This document shows, one piece after another, positions 1-12,752 of a DNA stretch of 64,000 nucleotides. Source of the DNA: Octopus vulgaris (lineage: Eukaryota); NCBI GenBank assembly GCA_951406725.2, contig OX597815.1, forward strand, positions 90,458,001-90,522,000, in the 5' to 3' direction. How positions within the stretch are numbered: position 1 is the stretch's first letter; each line of letters begins with the position of its first letter. The notes beneath the pieces were generated by a model. The model did no database searches, was not told the DNA's origin, and saw nothing but the letters and a program-made list of their open reading frames with translations. Both the position numbers and the translations under genes were made by a program.

Positions 1-53
1 TATAATATTAATATAGAATATAGAATATATAGTATAATATATATATATATATA

Positions 54-257
54 GTAAAACGAAATGAAGTATTGATTGTCTTATTGAATAGATGAAATGT
101 TGAATATAAAATATGAGGGGACTAGTATACTTTCATGCGTTATAGCAGTCTTCAAGGTCCCAGGTTGTGACAGGAGTGTTTCAAAAGACAGAGTTGGAAT
201 TTCTTTGAATAATATATATCCTTCTATAAACAGTCACACAAACCCCTTTTTATTTAT
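54..257 (-). mobile_element. Short (TA)n-flanked segment carrying a hammerhead-like motif (possible Penelope-like terminal repeat)
   Basis: About 200 bp of unique sequence between TA-rich tracts (1-53 and 258-273); contains the minus-strand hammerhead-like fold at 117-161. Confidence 0.45.
117..161 (-). ncRNA. Minimal type I hammerhead-ribozyme-like motif (variant core)
   Basis: Reverse complement reads GGGAC-C-TTGAAGA-CTGC-TATAAC-GCAT-GAAA-GTATAC-TA-GTCCC. Stem I is GGGAC/GTCCC, stem II TGC/GCA, then GAAA, palindromic stem III AGTATACT and a CUA triplet. It has one extra core nucleotide and a C.U mismatch at the base of stem II. Confidence 0.55.
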
Positions 258-664
258 TTATATATATATATATAGCCATGTTGCGAGGAGGCTCAAATTC
301 AACGATAGTCATAAATAGTAGCTCATAATATATTTACTAAAAGTAACTTGGACAAAGGAAAAATGACGGCAGATAGCCATTAACAGGATTCAACCATATA
401 GCTACCATAGCCTTGATGGTCGTGATTTTATTACACCAAAGTGTTTGTCCTATGCTGAAACATTAAAATTAGAATTTTATTCAGACGGACTGGCTTTCAT
501 TACTTACATCTATATTCGTAGATTTCGTAAAAGATATTTATTTTCATACTACCGTATTACTCAATGCTTTTCTATTTACGATACTCATACGAACAAACAT
601 AGATAAGCACATACACATTTTATATATACACACACATATTTCACAAACATAGGTAGCTAGCTAG

Positions 665-769
665 CTAGATAGATAGATACATACATACATACATATGTAT
701 ATACATACGCACGTATACACACACATTCATACATGCATACATACATACATACATACATACATACATACA

Positions 770-800
<31 letters not shown>
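665..800. repeat. (TAGA)n/(TACA)n microsatellite
   Basis: Directly visible tetranucleotide arrays. Confidence 0.95.
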
Positions 801-3164
801 CTGGGGTTGTGCATATCAGTAGAAAATATACACACAGCCCGTTTTGTACACACTTCTTCCTGTCACTTTCCTCATCGGAAATGCACATTATCAGCGATTG
901 GGTACTTTAAAAACCTAGATGTATTGTGAAAAATATTACTGATAAAATGCATTATTAAAAAGCATCTGTTATTCTTATGAAAATACATAAAGCAGTTTAC
1001 CTCATTGACCTAATTTTCTTGTATATTAATTTATCTTGTTTTTTTATTGACATTAGCATACGTATTGGAAGATTCTCATTCAGGAATTAAAAGATGATAT
1101 AGAATTCTTAAAACACCTAAATGGAAGCAATGATTATACATTAAAACATTTTTCCCCTTAAAAGAAACTATCTCTAAATGATAAATCATGTTCTTTACAA
1201 CTCTCAAAGCACAATCTTGGTTGTATTACGTTACTGAGCGTTAAAGACTGAGTGAGGGAAAACGTTTAAATGGACTGGAATTTAGAGTAAACCTTCGATC
1301 AAGAATTACTTTTAGAATTTCATTTTGGATACAATTTAATGTAGCCATATACGTAAAATTGGTGTTATATATGCAATACACTTGAATGTTAATATTTCAT
1401 AGCCTGCATATTCTAAACCAGAAACCGACGTATATAGGTCTTGCAGTGATTCTTGATTGTAAACGATTCATTTCACTTGCATTACTATTTACAGTTCTAA
1501 ATTCATGAACGAAGTATTTGAAATCCAGTGCCAATATATGGAATGATTTATCTTTCTATGTATGAAAGCAAACTATGTTATATAACTATGAAATAGTTAA
1601 CAACCAGGTTCCTGACCTAAATATCTGTTTGCAGTCACTTTCAGACACTTCTTTATTTAGCTACAGACATTCAAATGCTATTTGTTACTATTTGTATATA
1701 TTGTTATGAGTAGTATTACTGATTATATTTTGCGGCATTTTCGTATGTAGCAGTCAGAAAAGTTAGAGAAAAAGAGCACGGAACTATTGCCAAATTATTT
1801 TATCGGAATTGATAATAAATAATTTGTCTTAATTCAGTTTTAGTATTGTGCAGATGTTGCACACTCAGGTGGAACTATAAACAGAAATAGTCAAAACAGT
1901 TTAGCAGAAGGAATAGAGCAGTATATCAATAAAGTTGGAACGTAAAACATTTTAGAATCAAAAGAAGTTAATGAATATGAATATATGGGGTAATATTATG
2001 TCAGATATAATCAATCAGTTTTCTAACCTGACTGATCTTGTCAAGGAAACACATTCATCACAAGTAAATTACCATTTAGACTGAAATCAAACAGATGGAG
2101 AATTATATTGACGTACATTTTTCTATGAAATCGTTAAGAGAACAGATTTCCGGAAAGAATGGTTATATGGTTAATGACCAGATTTATGATCCCTGTATCC
2201 CTGAAGAAAATGCCATTTAACTCTCAGACAGCTTTGTATTATTTGATATTTATAGGTGAAAATCCAATCTGCCTCACTGGTCTGAATATCAAAAACAAGG
2301 AATTCTAGTTACTCATGTTCAATGTCTTGCTTCCCAACTTTCCTAAATTCAACGTATATTCTTTCCACTTCTTAAACTCCTCTGGTTACCAGCAGCAGTT
2401 TTTCATCACCTATCTCTATAATTGGCATTCTTCACTAGTTTAATGTATACAACTCCTACTAACTCCTACAAACTCTTAATATGTAGCCCGCAGATCAGCT
2501 GTGAACACGCAGGCTTATGACCAAAGGTTTTCCGTCAGTTGCCTTCTCGTTTTGAAAGTATACAGGAATACGCTTTCTAACATATATTTTCATTTAAAGC
2601 CGGAAGAGGTGGGTTTGAAGATTTAACTGCCATTTCTAGCAAGTTGAATGATAACGTAGAACCTCCTTCATTGTCTCATAGTCCGTCAATACTAAACAGC
2701 GCAGAAAGTGAATCTATCCGGGTATCAACTTCCTACACTACTGGTACACGTATTCCCTATATGCTGAACGGATATGAATAATCATTGGGTTTTTTTTAGG
2801 AACCATTTATCCAGGCATTTTCGAACCTCTCCTCATCTGATCACCTCAACGAATCTCACAAATTTTTGGTGACTATCAACTACGTCCGGCTCAGTTGGCA
2901 CGACACTGAGTCTAAGCAGTGACCTTAATAGCATCTGGCTCCCAAGCATCCAGACACCTCTTTTACTTTTGTACTACTACTACTAGAATGCTCACTATCC
3001 TTAAGCATTCCATCGTAGAATATTGGATCTGTAGAGTCTCCCCTATGCTCATGATATTCCTGGATGTATCAATTTGTAACAATTTAAATAGATTAACGGC
3101 ATTTATCTTACGGGTCAAAGATGCTCTATGAAATCATAAGTCTTCCCACTTCATTCACATCCAG

Positions 3165-5530
3165 TAGTAGGTAGCCGTCGGTCTCGAGAGGTCATAGATC
3201 TGCGCCCGAAGAAATCTTACCAGCTGATGATGGAGGTGCAGCGTCTGCAGTGGCTATACAGACCCACACGGGAGTAGCAGTAACGCATACAACGATTGCA
3301 TTTGAAGGAGCTATCTGCCGGCGCTACTAATTTTTCCTTCCGTTGAGTGCGCTTTTCTTTGGTGTCGAGTTCTTATTTTTCTTCTGCTCGCTTCATCCTC
3401 TTTCGCAGTATTTGTCTCCAGGGCGGGCGATCACTTGCAACTTCCTCCTGTCACAGGACGTCCAGATCAAGCGAATTTATATCCCTCTTACAGATGTCCT
3501 TGAAATGAAGATGAGATCGTCCCCTTGTTCTTGTGCTGATGGCCACGTCCCCATACAGGGGGCCTTTTGGCATCCTTCTATCTGGCATGCGTTGTACAAG
3601 ACCGAGCCAGTGCAAACGACGCTCCTGGCGCAGGATGAGTGTGCTGGGTAACTTCGTGCGCTTAAGGACTTCAGTGTTGGGGAAGTTTTTGGTCCACTTG
3701 ATATCCATGATGCGTTTCAAATTACGAAGGTGAAAGTTGTTGAGACCCCTTTCCTCTCTGGACTACAGGCTCCACGTCTCATTGCAGTAAAGTAGCGTAC
3801 TAAGGATGTACGCCTTATAGACATCAATCTTGACGTTTGCAAGCAGTTGTTCGTTTTCCCAGACTTTCTTTGTGAGCCTGGCAAATGTCTCGCCTCATTC
3901 ACTTGTTGATTTCAGGATCTAGGGAGAAATCATCAGCGATGGCGATGATTGAGCCAAGATAGGTGAATTCATGGACTACTTCCAGCTTGTAGCTGTTGAT
4001 AGTAATAACTTGTCACTTTGGCCCAATACTCTGGTCTCCTTCAGACTGATAGTCAGGCTGAATTCCTGAGAGGCTTCTGAAAGTTTGTCCATGAGGTGCT
4101 GGATTTGCTCTTCAGCGTGCGCTGTCAATAGGGCAACGTCCGCGAACAGAATTTCTCTGACGAGTATCTAGCGCAACCTCTATCTTGCTTTCAGCCTCGA
4201 CAGACTAAACAGTTTACCACCTGATCTGTGCGAAGGTAAACACCATCAGTTGATGTTCCAATGCCATGTTTCAGCATAGCGGCTAAGAAGTTGCCAAACA
4301 GAGTGGTGGTAAGCACACAGCCCGACTTCACGCCGCTGCGTATGTTGAAGGACTCCCAAGAAAATCCATCAAATTGAACGATGCCTTTCATGACCACGTG
4401 AAACGATTGGACAATCATGAGGAATCTCGAAGGACAGCCAATCTTAGCAAGGATTTTGAAAAGGCCGTTTCTACTGACTAGGTCAAAATCCTTCGTGAGA
4501 TCGATGAAGGTGATAAAGAGCGTTTGCCTTTGCTCTTGGCACTTCTGTTGTTGTCGAAGAGAAATGATGTCGATGGCGGAGCCTTCTAATGTGAAACCGC
4601 ATTGAGATTTGAGGTATACCCTCTGAGTGATTTTCTGTAGGCTGATTAGGACCATGCGGACAAAAACGTTTCCGACGATGCTTAACCGTGAGATGTCTCG
4701 TTAATTATTGGAGTCGCTTCTGTTCCCTTTGTTTTTACATAGGGTGAGAATGTTGCAGTCTCTCATGTCTTGTAGGACTGATCCCTCCTCCTAGCACTGA
4801 CACCATAGCTTCAGCAAGTGGCTAAGTTTCATATCTGATGATCTCTGGTGGAATGCCGTCCAAATTTGGGGCTTTTCCAGTGAGCATGCCATCAATGGCT
4901 CTGCTCAGTTCTTCAGATGTTGGCAGTGTGTCCAGCTCCTCCATGACAGGCAGGTGTTCCAAGGCATCTAGCGCACTGTCCGAGATGCTGTTTTCCTTGG
5001 TGTATAGTTCGGAATAAAGTTCCATCCTTCTCTCCAGTTTCTCTCTGTTGCCTTTGATAACTTCCCCTGTTCTGGCTTTGAGTGGAACTATCTTGCTATG
5101 GCTGGGCCGATGGCTCTCTTGTTACCATCATGCATTCCACGAATGTTGCCCGTGTCAAATGACCGTTGGGTATCTACACATAGTTGTAACAAGTACTCAT
5201 CTGCCCACCGTCTCGCAGGCTTCTGCATGTTTTTCTTTGCTGATATCAATGCTTGTTGCGTTACCCTGATGGGTTGGGGTTTGGACTTTAGCAGGGCGGC
5301 ACGCTTCTCCACCAGCCTTGTATCATTTTCATCCTCCTTCTAAAGACCCTTCGTGCAGTGCAATGGATGATGTCCCTGAGAAAGTCTCATCCCCGCTGAA
5401 CATTGCCTTCCCATGAGCCTATAAAGTGGACAACTTCCAGTGTCTTGAGGAATGCGTCTGTCTTAAATGGCTGTTGGGTTGCGCCAACATTGATGCTAAA
5501 AATCCTCTAAAGTTTGCTTGCCTTCCCTTG
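3165..5530 (-). mobile_element. Degenerate 5'-truncated RTE-clade LINE
   Basis: Minus-strand fragments: GKAPNLDGIPPE (5025-4822), SQCGF...FIDLTKDFDLVSR...GVKSGCVL (4655-4191), RRLHWLGLVQRMPDRRMPK (3720-3451), and a C-terminal RVGLYSHCRRC-like end near 3230-3300. Many frameshifts and stops. Confidence 0.9.
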
Positions 5531-6804
5531 CTTTTCATATCTATGTTAGCCAAAAGCAGTTTGAACTTAATATCATCTGCATAAAATTTACCAATCTATG
5601 CGCATGGATGAAATACTACATTCAAATTGTTTGAAGTATATGTTAAAGGAAGCATAGGTTTTAACTTAATTACATAAGAACTGTTCATGGTTGTACAGGC
5701 TAGAAAACATTAGCAGATTGCAGTAGTTACCATATGAGTATCAAGTTAAATAACGACAGTTTCAAAGTTATAATTTATAGATGAAATATGATGAGTAACT
5801 GATTCATAGTATTCCTTTGATATACAATATTTTAAAATACGAGAGTAAGTTATTGAACTTACGTATTATATACATGTGTTTATATATGTATAATCCTCGA
5901 ACCATCTTCATTTCCCGAATATTCATCATTTTTTGAATCACAAAACGCGATATTATTAATCAGAAGAATGTGAAAAGTTCTTTGAAATATACCTGTAATA
6001 CGTTATAGCTCAACATGTGTATACTTTAGTAGTTTCTATGTTTTATGTATATTCCACGAAAATATAAATCTCAAGAACTATTACAAAGAAAGGCATTTAA
6101 TTTTCACGACGGATAAAGTTGCTAGCAGCAAAGTTCTATTTCAACGTGTTGTAATTCATGAAAAGAACAACCTCGTAACAGTTTTTTTATGCCATGCTGA
6201 TGATAATGAGTTTAATCATTGGCCTTTGTGCCATCAAGTGCTTATTTAACGTAATATGGTTTTGCAAAGATAATATATACCATAGTATTGAATGGTGTAC
6301 GAATCTGCATGGGGTTTTAATACAATATGATACCATATGTCATGTATAAGATATGTATTCAGTAGTAAGTTACACTTTGATAAAACAGTTGTTAAGTATC
6401 ATGGGTAGTATGAGTTGGTTAATGAGGAGACGTGTTCATTTTAGATCACTATGTCGCTAACTGTAACAAATACTGAACAGTAAACACAGCGGAATTATAT
6501 CAGCAAAAATTATAACTGTGAACATGAGAGGTATAACTAATCTAAGAAGTAACATGTACGTATTATGTGTAGTAAAATGTGGAGAATGAAATATGAGTTA
6601 ATAGTGAAACAGTATAAGCTGATGTAGGTCAAATAATATTTTCCATTAGGTTTATATAATACTACCAGTTACAATGATGTTAGGTTAGATCCTGAATTAT
6701 GAATTATTTAGTATTGTTAGTAAAACAACAAGTACGTGCGTAAAGGCCGTAGTGGTCTCTTTCAACTTAATACAACACATGAAATGTTAAAGGATGTAAA
6801 GTGA

Positions 6805-6828
6805 ATAATAATAATAATAATAATAATG

Positions 6829-6880
<52 letters not shown>

Positions 6881-6911
6881 TAATAATAATGATAATGATA
6901 ATAATAATAAT

Positions 6912-6953
<42 letters not shown>

Positions 6954-6968
6954 ATGATGATGATGATG

Positions 6969-7027
<59 letters not shown>

Positions 7028-7028
7028 G

Positions 7029-7120
<92 letters not shown>
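6805..7120 (+). repeat. Compound (TAA)n/(TGA)n microsatellite abutting the 5' end of the R4/Dong copy
   Basis: Directly visible; accounts for the poly-N/M/I start of ORF 6801..8483. Confidence 0.95.
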
Positions 7121-7126
<6 letters not shown>

Positions 7127-9148
7127 GGCGGAGAAAACATATGCATTCATGGAGAAGAACGATATTTTCCCCATTGAACAAAAAGGGTGCCGCCGAGGCT
7201 CTTACGGATGCACAGATCAACTGCTAATCAATCGTATGATCCTTGAGAACTGTCACAACAAGCGCAGAAATCTCAGCACCGCATGGATTGACTATAAAAA
7301 GGCCTTCGACTGTATACCGCATCCATGGATCTTGAGATCGCTGGACATCTTTAAAATTTCCCCTGTGATTTCAAACTTCCTGAAGCACAATATGTCGTTG
7401 TGGAATACGAATCTCCAATTATACCACTCTAATGGAGTACTTGCCTCAGAAAATATAAACATCAACTGTGGAATTTTTCAAGGTGACTCACTTTCACCTT
7501 TAATATTCTGCATAGCCCTAATACCCCTTACAAGTGAATTAAACAGAACAGGGTATGGGTATAAAATTGCCAATAAAAAAATAAGCCATCTATTTTATAT
7601 GGATGACTTAAAACTTTATGGTAAAGACAATAATGAACTTGAAGGCCTATTGCGCACCGTGAAAGCATTCAGCGATGACATCGGGATGGAGTTTGGACTT
7701 GAGAAGTGTGCCAAGGCCACTTTCCAGAAAGGGAAAGTGAAGACCACAAATTCAGTCGTGTTAGATGTTGACACAGTCATAAGAGAGCTTGAGCAAGAAC
7801 AGACATACAAATATTTAGGGATAAATGAAGGCTCTGGTATTCAGCATGCAAGCATGAAAGAGAAAATCAGGAAGGAACTTTATAGGAGAGTTCGTGCAGT
7901 CCTGGAATCTGAACTAAATGCACGTAACAAGGTGTTAGCTATAAATTCCTTAGCAGTTCCAGTTGTTACTTATAGCTACAATGTGTTGAACTGGAATATG
8001 AGTGAAGTAAAGAATATAGATAGAAAAATACGCAAGCTGCTGAGTTGTAATAGGATGCACCACCCAAAGGCAGACGTAGATCGCCTTTACCTTCCCAGAG
8101 CCCAAGGAAGTCGAGGCCTGATCCAATTTGAACTAGCTTACAAAACAACCACAATTGGACTGGCCAAATATCTCGAAATATCGAATTACTGGATGCTAAA
8201 GCTCGTGGAAAATCACGAGAGACGAAAGAAGCTTCATTCTATCATCAAGGAAAGCAAAAAATTTGCTATTGATCTCGTGCAGGATACCCAAACTGAACAA
8301 CCCGAGGGAAGTACGGCAACTATTGCTGCAAAGAAGGTGAAAATGATGGCAATGAAAAAAGCGCACGAGCAATTGGCTGATAGGTGGGAGGAGAAACCTC
8401 TGCACGGCAAATATGTGACCCGCAGCAAACAAGCTGATGTTGACCAGAAGCAAACCCATCAGTGGCTGCGGAGCTCAGGCTAAAAGCAGAGACCGAAGGT
8501 TTCATCCTGGCTGCTCAAGACCAAAGCCTATTAACCCGGAACTACCAGGCCAATGTGATGAAAAATGGAGCAGACCCAAAATGCCGATTCTGCAACGACA
8601 TGATTGAAACAGTGGACCACCTAATCTCTGTATGTAAAGTCTTAGCACCAGTGGAGTATAAATTAAGACATGACAGAGTTGGCCAATATCTCCACTGGCT
8701 AATAAGTCGGCATTACAATATCAAAACTGCCGTCAAGTGGTATAATCACCACCCTGAGGCTGTAACTGAAGGAGAAAATGTAACCATTCTGTGGGACTTT
8801 CCAGTACATACAGACCGAACCATCAAGGCCAATAAACCAGATATTGTTGTGAAAGACCAAAACAATAAAGTTTGCTTATTGATCGACATGAGCATCCCCT
8901 GTGATCATAATATCTCAGCGAAAGAGTTTGACAAGCTCAGAAAGTATAAAGACCTACTCATTGAAATTGAGAAAATGTGGCATCTCAAGGCGGTTACAAT
9001 ACCAGTGATCGTAGGAGCACTAGGAATGATCAAGAAGGGAACCGAAAATTATATGAGAATGATCCCTGGCTTACCATCCCTGCAAGAAGTGCAAAAGATT
9101 GTCTTAACTGGTACATCACACGTATTGAGAAGATCATTGTCGATGTGA
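7121..9148 (+). CDS. Reverse transcriptase + CCHC zinc knuckle + restriction-like endonuclease (partial, one frameshift near 8480)
   Basis: EQKGCRRG, AWIDYKKAFD, GIFQGDSLSP, HLFYMDDLK, YKYLG; CRFCNDMIETVDHLISVC; RHD; KPDIVV...IDMSIP...KLRKY; C-terminal VQKIVLTGTSHVLRR. The two ORFs join at WLRSSG/LKAETEG if one base is added. Confidence 0.92.
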
Positions 9149-9325
9149 GAACTGTTGCTGCTCATGTATTTTAATTTAACTTAAAAAAAAAAAATTTTTT
9201 TTAAATGAACGAACTACTGAGTTTGGTTTAATGGCCTACAAATATACACTATGAGTTTCTTTGCCCTAGGAGTCGGGAAGACACTCGGCAAGAAATGGAA
9301 GAAAATTTGAAAGAAGAAAAAAAAA
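7121..9325 (+). mobile_element. 5'-truncated R4/Dong-like non-LTR retrotransposon inserted in (TAA)n
   Basis: RT + CCHC + REL architecture; the 3' UTR ends in an A-rich tail followed by (TAA)n at 9327-9355, and (TAA)n is also present at the 5' junction. Confidence 0.9.
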
Positions 9326-9326
9326 G

Positions 9327-9355
<29 letters not shown>

Positions 9356-9357
<2 letters not shown>

Positions 9358-9902
9358 GATGCAGTACCAGGCAGTGGCTAAATGCCCTGATGCAGTACCA
9401 GACAGTGGCTCTCATGGCTTCTGATCTTAACTGATTGGAAGTGTCATCATGTACATTGTTTTGTATGCCCTGATGCAGTACCAGGCAGTTGCTCTCATGG
9501 CTTCTGATCTTAACTGATTGGAAGTGTTATCATGTACATTGTTTTGTATGCCCTGATGCAGTACCAGGCAGTGGCTCTCATGGCTTCTGATCTTAACTGA
9601 TTGGAAGTGTTATCATGTACATTGTTTTGTCTTGGTATAAAAGATGGGCTACAGCAAATATTCTGCTCAATACCACAGATTTGCTTGTCAGTTGTTTGAC
9701 CTTAACCAGTTGAGCATGTCCCTTAGTGGCTGACGATATGTAAATCTCTGATCACGAGCAGAAGTAGTGGGGGAGCATCATAGCCATGTGTTGAGAGGGA
9801 TTATTTGGGGTTTGAATAATTCACCTCTGGAAACATGGGTGGTTTTTTCAACATCCTTAAACAACCCTTATTCAGGGACCGTTTGAGCGGGATGGGCTAC
9901 TC
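9356..9902. mobile_element. TAA-flanked ~560 bp non-coding interspersed element, copy 1 (truncated; terminal 83 bp triplicated)
   Basis: Aligns by eye with 11470-12086 and the reverse complement of 20941-21498; units start GCCCTGATGCAGTACCAG at 9384, 9467 and 9550. Confidence 0.85.
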
Positions 9903-9904
9903 AT

Positions 9905-11085
9905 GAAATGACTCATGAAATCATGATGTAACACAACAAGAAAACAATTAACGGCGAGAATGAAGCTATAGCCGATCATGTTGAAGGTTTCCCGCCCGGC
10001 ACGTCCGAAACCACCCGCATCAGGGTCAGTGATCTGACTTCGACGGTCGTTATGTCACAACACGGTGTGCGCAAATACAAACATAAGCGAACGAAGGAAA
10101 AGTACAATACACTTATTGAATGTCATGAAAGAGCAAAGCTGGAAAGAAGTCGCGGAGTAGGCCGTCGTACCTTGAAATTTTGGATGGAAAAGGACATGTG
10201 TCAAATGGCAGAATGAATCAAGAGAGAGTGATTAGTAGGAAGGTTCATTTAACTGGAGTAGAAATATCTCGGACTAGTAAGAGTTTGAGAGACGCTATGG
10301 ATGGGCCACAAAGAATGGTCAGATTTCAAAACAGAGTGGTAGGAGTTGAAAATAAAGAGAAAAGTAGACAGGAGAAACAGGGGAATGGTGATGGGGCTGT
10401 TAAGGATGAGGAACAGGAACGTTATACAGTAAACCCTGAAAAGGTGGTGAGTGGAAATGCAGAGGAAATGAACCAACTTATTATCTAGATAACGAATTGC
10501 TTGAAATTCAAAGACGACTCACCGAGTTGATGAATGCTCCAGAAGAAAAGGACCCCATAAATATGAGAAGGGTAGATAGAAGTATGATAAATAAAGTAAC
10601 ACAAAACATAAATACTGGCATCTCATACATCCAGACGCAGGACATGACACAAACAAGGAATCTTCTCCGAGCTATTGCGCTACTTGTTGGGGAGGAATTA
10701 CAACTTAAGAGAACAAAAATCGGTAGAGCAAAAAGAACAATGGTGGAAACAACGAATTGAAAGGGACATAATGCGGGCAAGGCAAGATCTAGGAAAAATT
10801 GCGCAACAGTTAAGAGAAAACTGGGAAATTGGGAAAAAACTCCTATGAGATTTTATAATTCAGTGCGACCGTGAGATAAAGAATAGGAAGCCAGACATAG
10901 TCTTAATTGAGGAAGAAAACAAACTATGCTGGATCATAGATATAGCATGCCCAGCTGACAACAAGGTATGCGATAAGGAAGAAAGAAACGTTGAGAGATA
11001 TGACAGGTGAGGTTGGGAAGTTAACCAGTTGTGGTTGATGAAAAAGGTAGCAGTAAGTACCAATATTTGTCGGAGCCCTGGGAAA
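9905..11085 (+). mobile_element. Degenerate, internally deleted R4/Dong-like element (N-terminal region fused to a REL fragment)
   Basis: KEQWWKQRIE-like motif at ~10730-10760; QCDREIKNRKPDIVLIE...CWIIDIACPADNKV at 10861-10970; the RT domain is missing between them. Confidence 0.7.
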
Positions 11086-11349
11086 AATGTGTCTGTGTAT
11101 CTACTTTTCTTTTGATATATGTATCTACTTTTCTTTCGATGTATGTACCAATCTTCTGTGAAAATACTGATAGACATCTTTTCTCTCTTCCTTTCAGTCA
11201 CCACTTCCTTCCTCTCTTTCTCTCTCACTCACTCTCAGTTCCTCTTCTCTCTCGCTCTGCCACTCACTTCAACTATACCTACTCTGTACAACTGGTAGTG
11301 AACAGTTGACATTGTAGTAATCTCCAGCGTCAGAAGCTGTGCAAAGGCA

Positions 11350-11366
11350 ATGATAATAATAAAAAC

Positions 11367-11452
<86 letters not shown>

Positions 11453-11467
11453 TAATAATAATAATAA
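11350..11467 (+). repeat. (TAA)n microsatellite
   Basis: Directly visible. Confidence 0.95.
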
Positions 11468-11469
11468 AT

Positions 11470-12086
11470 GCCCTGATGCACTACCAGGGAGATTCCCTGA
11501 TGCAGTACCAGGGCATACGCCCTGGTGTAGTACCAGGTGGATGTCTTGTTGCAGTAGCAGGCTCTCGTGGCTTCTGACCTTAACTGGTTGGAGGTTTTAT
11601 CATGCAAATTGTTTTGTCTTGGTATAAAAGATGGGCTTCAGCAAATATTCTGCTCAATACCACAGATTTGCTTGTCACTTGTTTGACCTTAACCAGTTGA
11701 GGATGTCCCTTAGTGGCTGACGATATATGCATCTCTGATCACGAACAGAAATGGTTGGGGAACATCATAACCATGTGTTGGGAGGAATTGTTTGTGGTTT
11801 AGATAATTAACCTTTGGAAACATAGGTGTTTCGACATCCTTAAACAACCCTTATTCAGGGACAATTTGAGCGGGATGGGTTACTCGACCTTAAGAAAATT
11901 CTAACTGAACCCCACCTACAAGGTCATGTGCTGTTTATCTTGATATGAGGTCACCATGTCGCGCACATACAGTTGTGATGCATGTTCCTGTTGTTCATTT
12001 ATCAGACGGTAGTAATAATGGGATTACGGGGCTTCGTATAGTTTACAAAGATTCACCTTTGATAGCATGCACTGATATCTCGCTCA
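11470..12086. mobile_element. TAA-flanked non-coding element, copy 2 (full length; terminal hairpin unit repeated about four times)
   Basis: Same sequence as copies 1 and 3; begins after (TAA)n and ends CGCTCA before (GAA)n. Confidence 0.85.
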
Positions 12087-12250
12087 AGAAGAAGAAGAAG
12101 AAGTAGAAGAAGAAGAAGAAGAAGAAGAAGAAGAAGAAGAAGAAGAAGAAGAAGAAGAAGAAGAAGAAGAAGAAGAAGAAGAAGAAGAAGAAGAAGAAGA
12201 AAAAGAAAAAGAAGAAGAAGATAATGATGATGATGATGACGATGATGAAA
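12087..12250 (+). repeat. (GAA)n/(TGA)n microsatellite
   Basis: Directly visible. Confidence 0.95.
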
Positions 12251-12369
12251 AAGAAGGAGAACAACACAGTGAAAATAAGAGCACCACAACAAACCACAGC
12301 TCATACCCAAGGCACACAATGCTGTACTCCGTAGTGCAGTTAAAATAAGTGATAATAAGTAATAATTAT

Positions 12370-12565
12370 TATTCTTCCTGTAGTAATTGATTCACTGGAT
12401 ACAACACACAAATGCTACCTGAAATACTAGAAGAAACCGGAATTGAAAATTTCATAGTGAACCTGCAGAAAAGTACCATCCTATATTCTGCATGAGTCCT
12501 AAGGAAATTCATGAGATCTGAGGAGATTTGTCGCCACCAAACAACACCTGCTAACCAAATAACAT
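12370..12565 (+). mobile_element. Short 5'-truncated R4/Dong-like 3' end
   Basis: Translates ENFIVNLQKSTILYSA*VLRKFM, matching the LQK..L.GT..ILR C-terminus of the other copies; lies between TAA-like and (GAA)n tracts. Confidence 0.6.
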
Positions 12566-12567
12566 AT

Positions 12568-12752
12568 GAAGAAGAAGAAGAAGAAGAAGAAGAAGAAGAA
12601 GAAGAAGAAGAAGAAGAAGAAGAAGAAGAAGAAGAAGAAGAAGAAGAAAAGAAGAAGAAGAAGAAGAAGAAGAAGAAAAGAAGAAGAAGAAGAAGATGAA
12701 GAACAACAACAACAAGGAGAAAGAGAAGAAGAAGAACAACAACAACAACAAT
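12568..12752 (+). repeat. (GAA)n/(CAA)n microsatellite
   Basis: Directly visible. Confidence 0.95.

Noticed and set aside
6801-7120. Poly-N/M/I N-terminus of the 560 aa ORF
   Set aside because: It is translated (TAA)n/(TGA)n microsatellite that happens to be in frame; the element is 5'-truncated at ~7121.
9356-9630. Direct repeats resembling a CRISPR array
   Set aside because: The whole 83-bp unit is repeated with no unique spacers, there are no cas genes, and the context is eukaryotic.
9729-9770. CTGACGA in the TAA-flanked element as a hammerhead core
   Set aside because: No conserved GAAA, stem III or closing stem I across the three copies.
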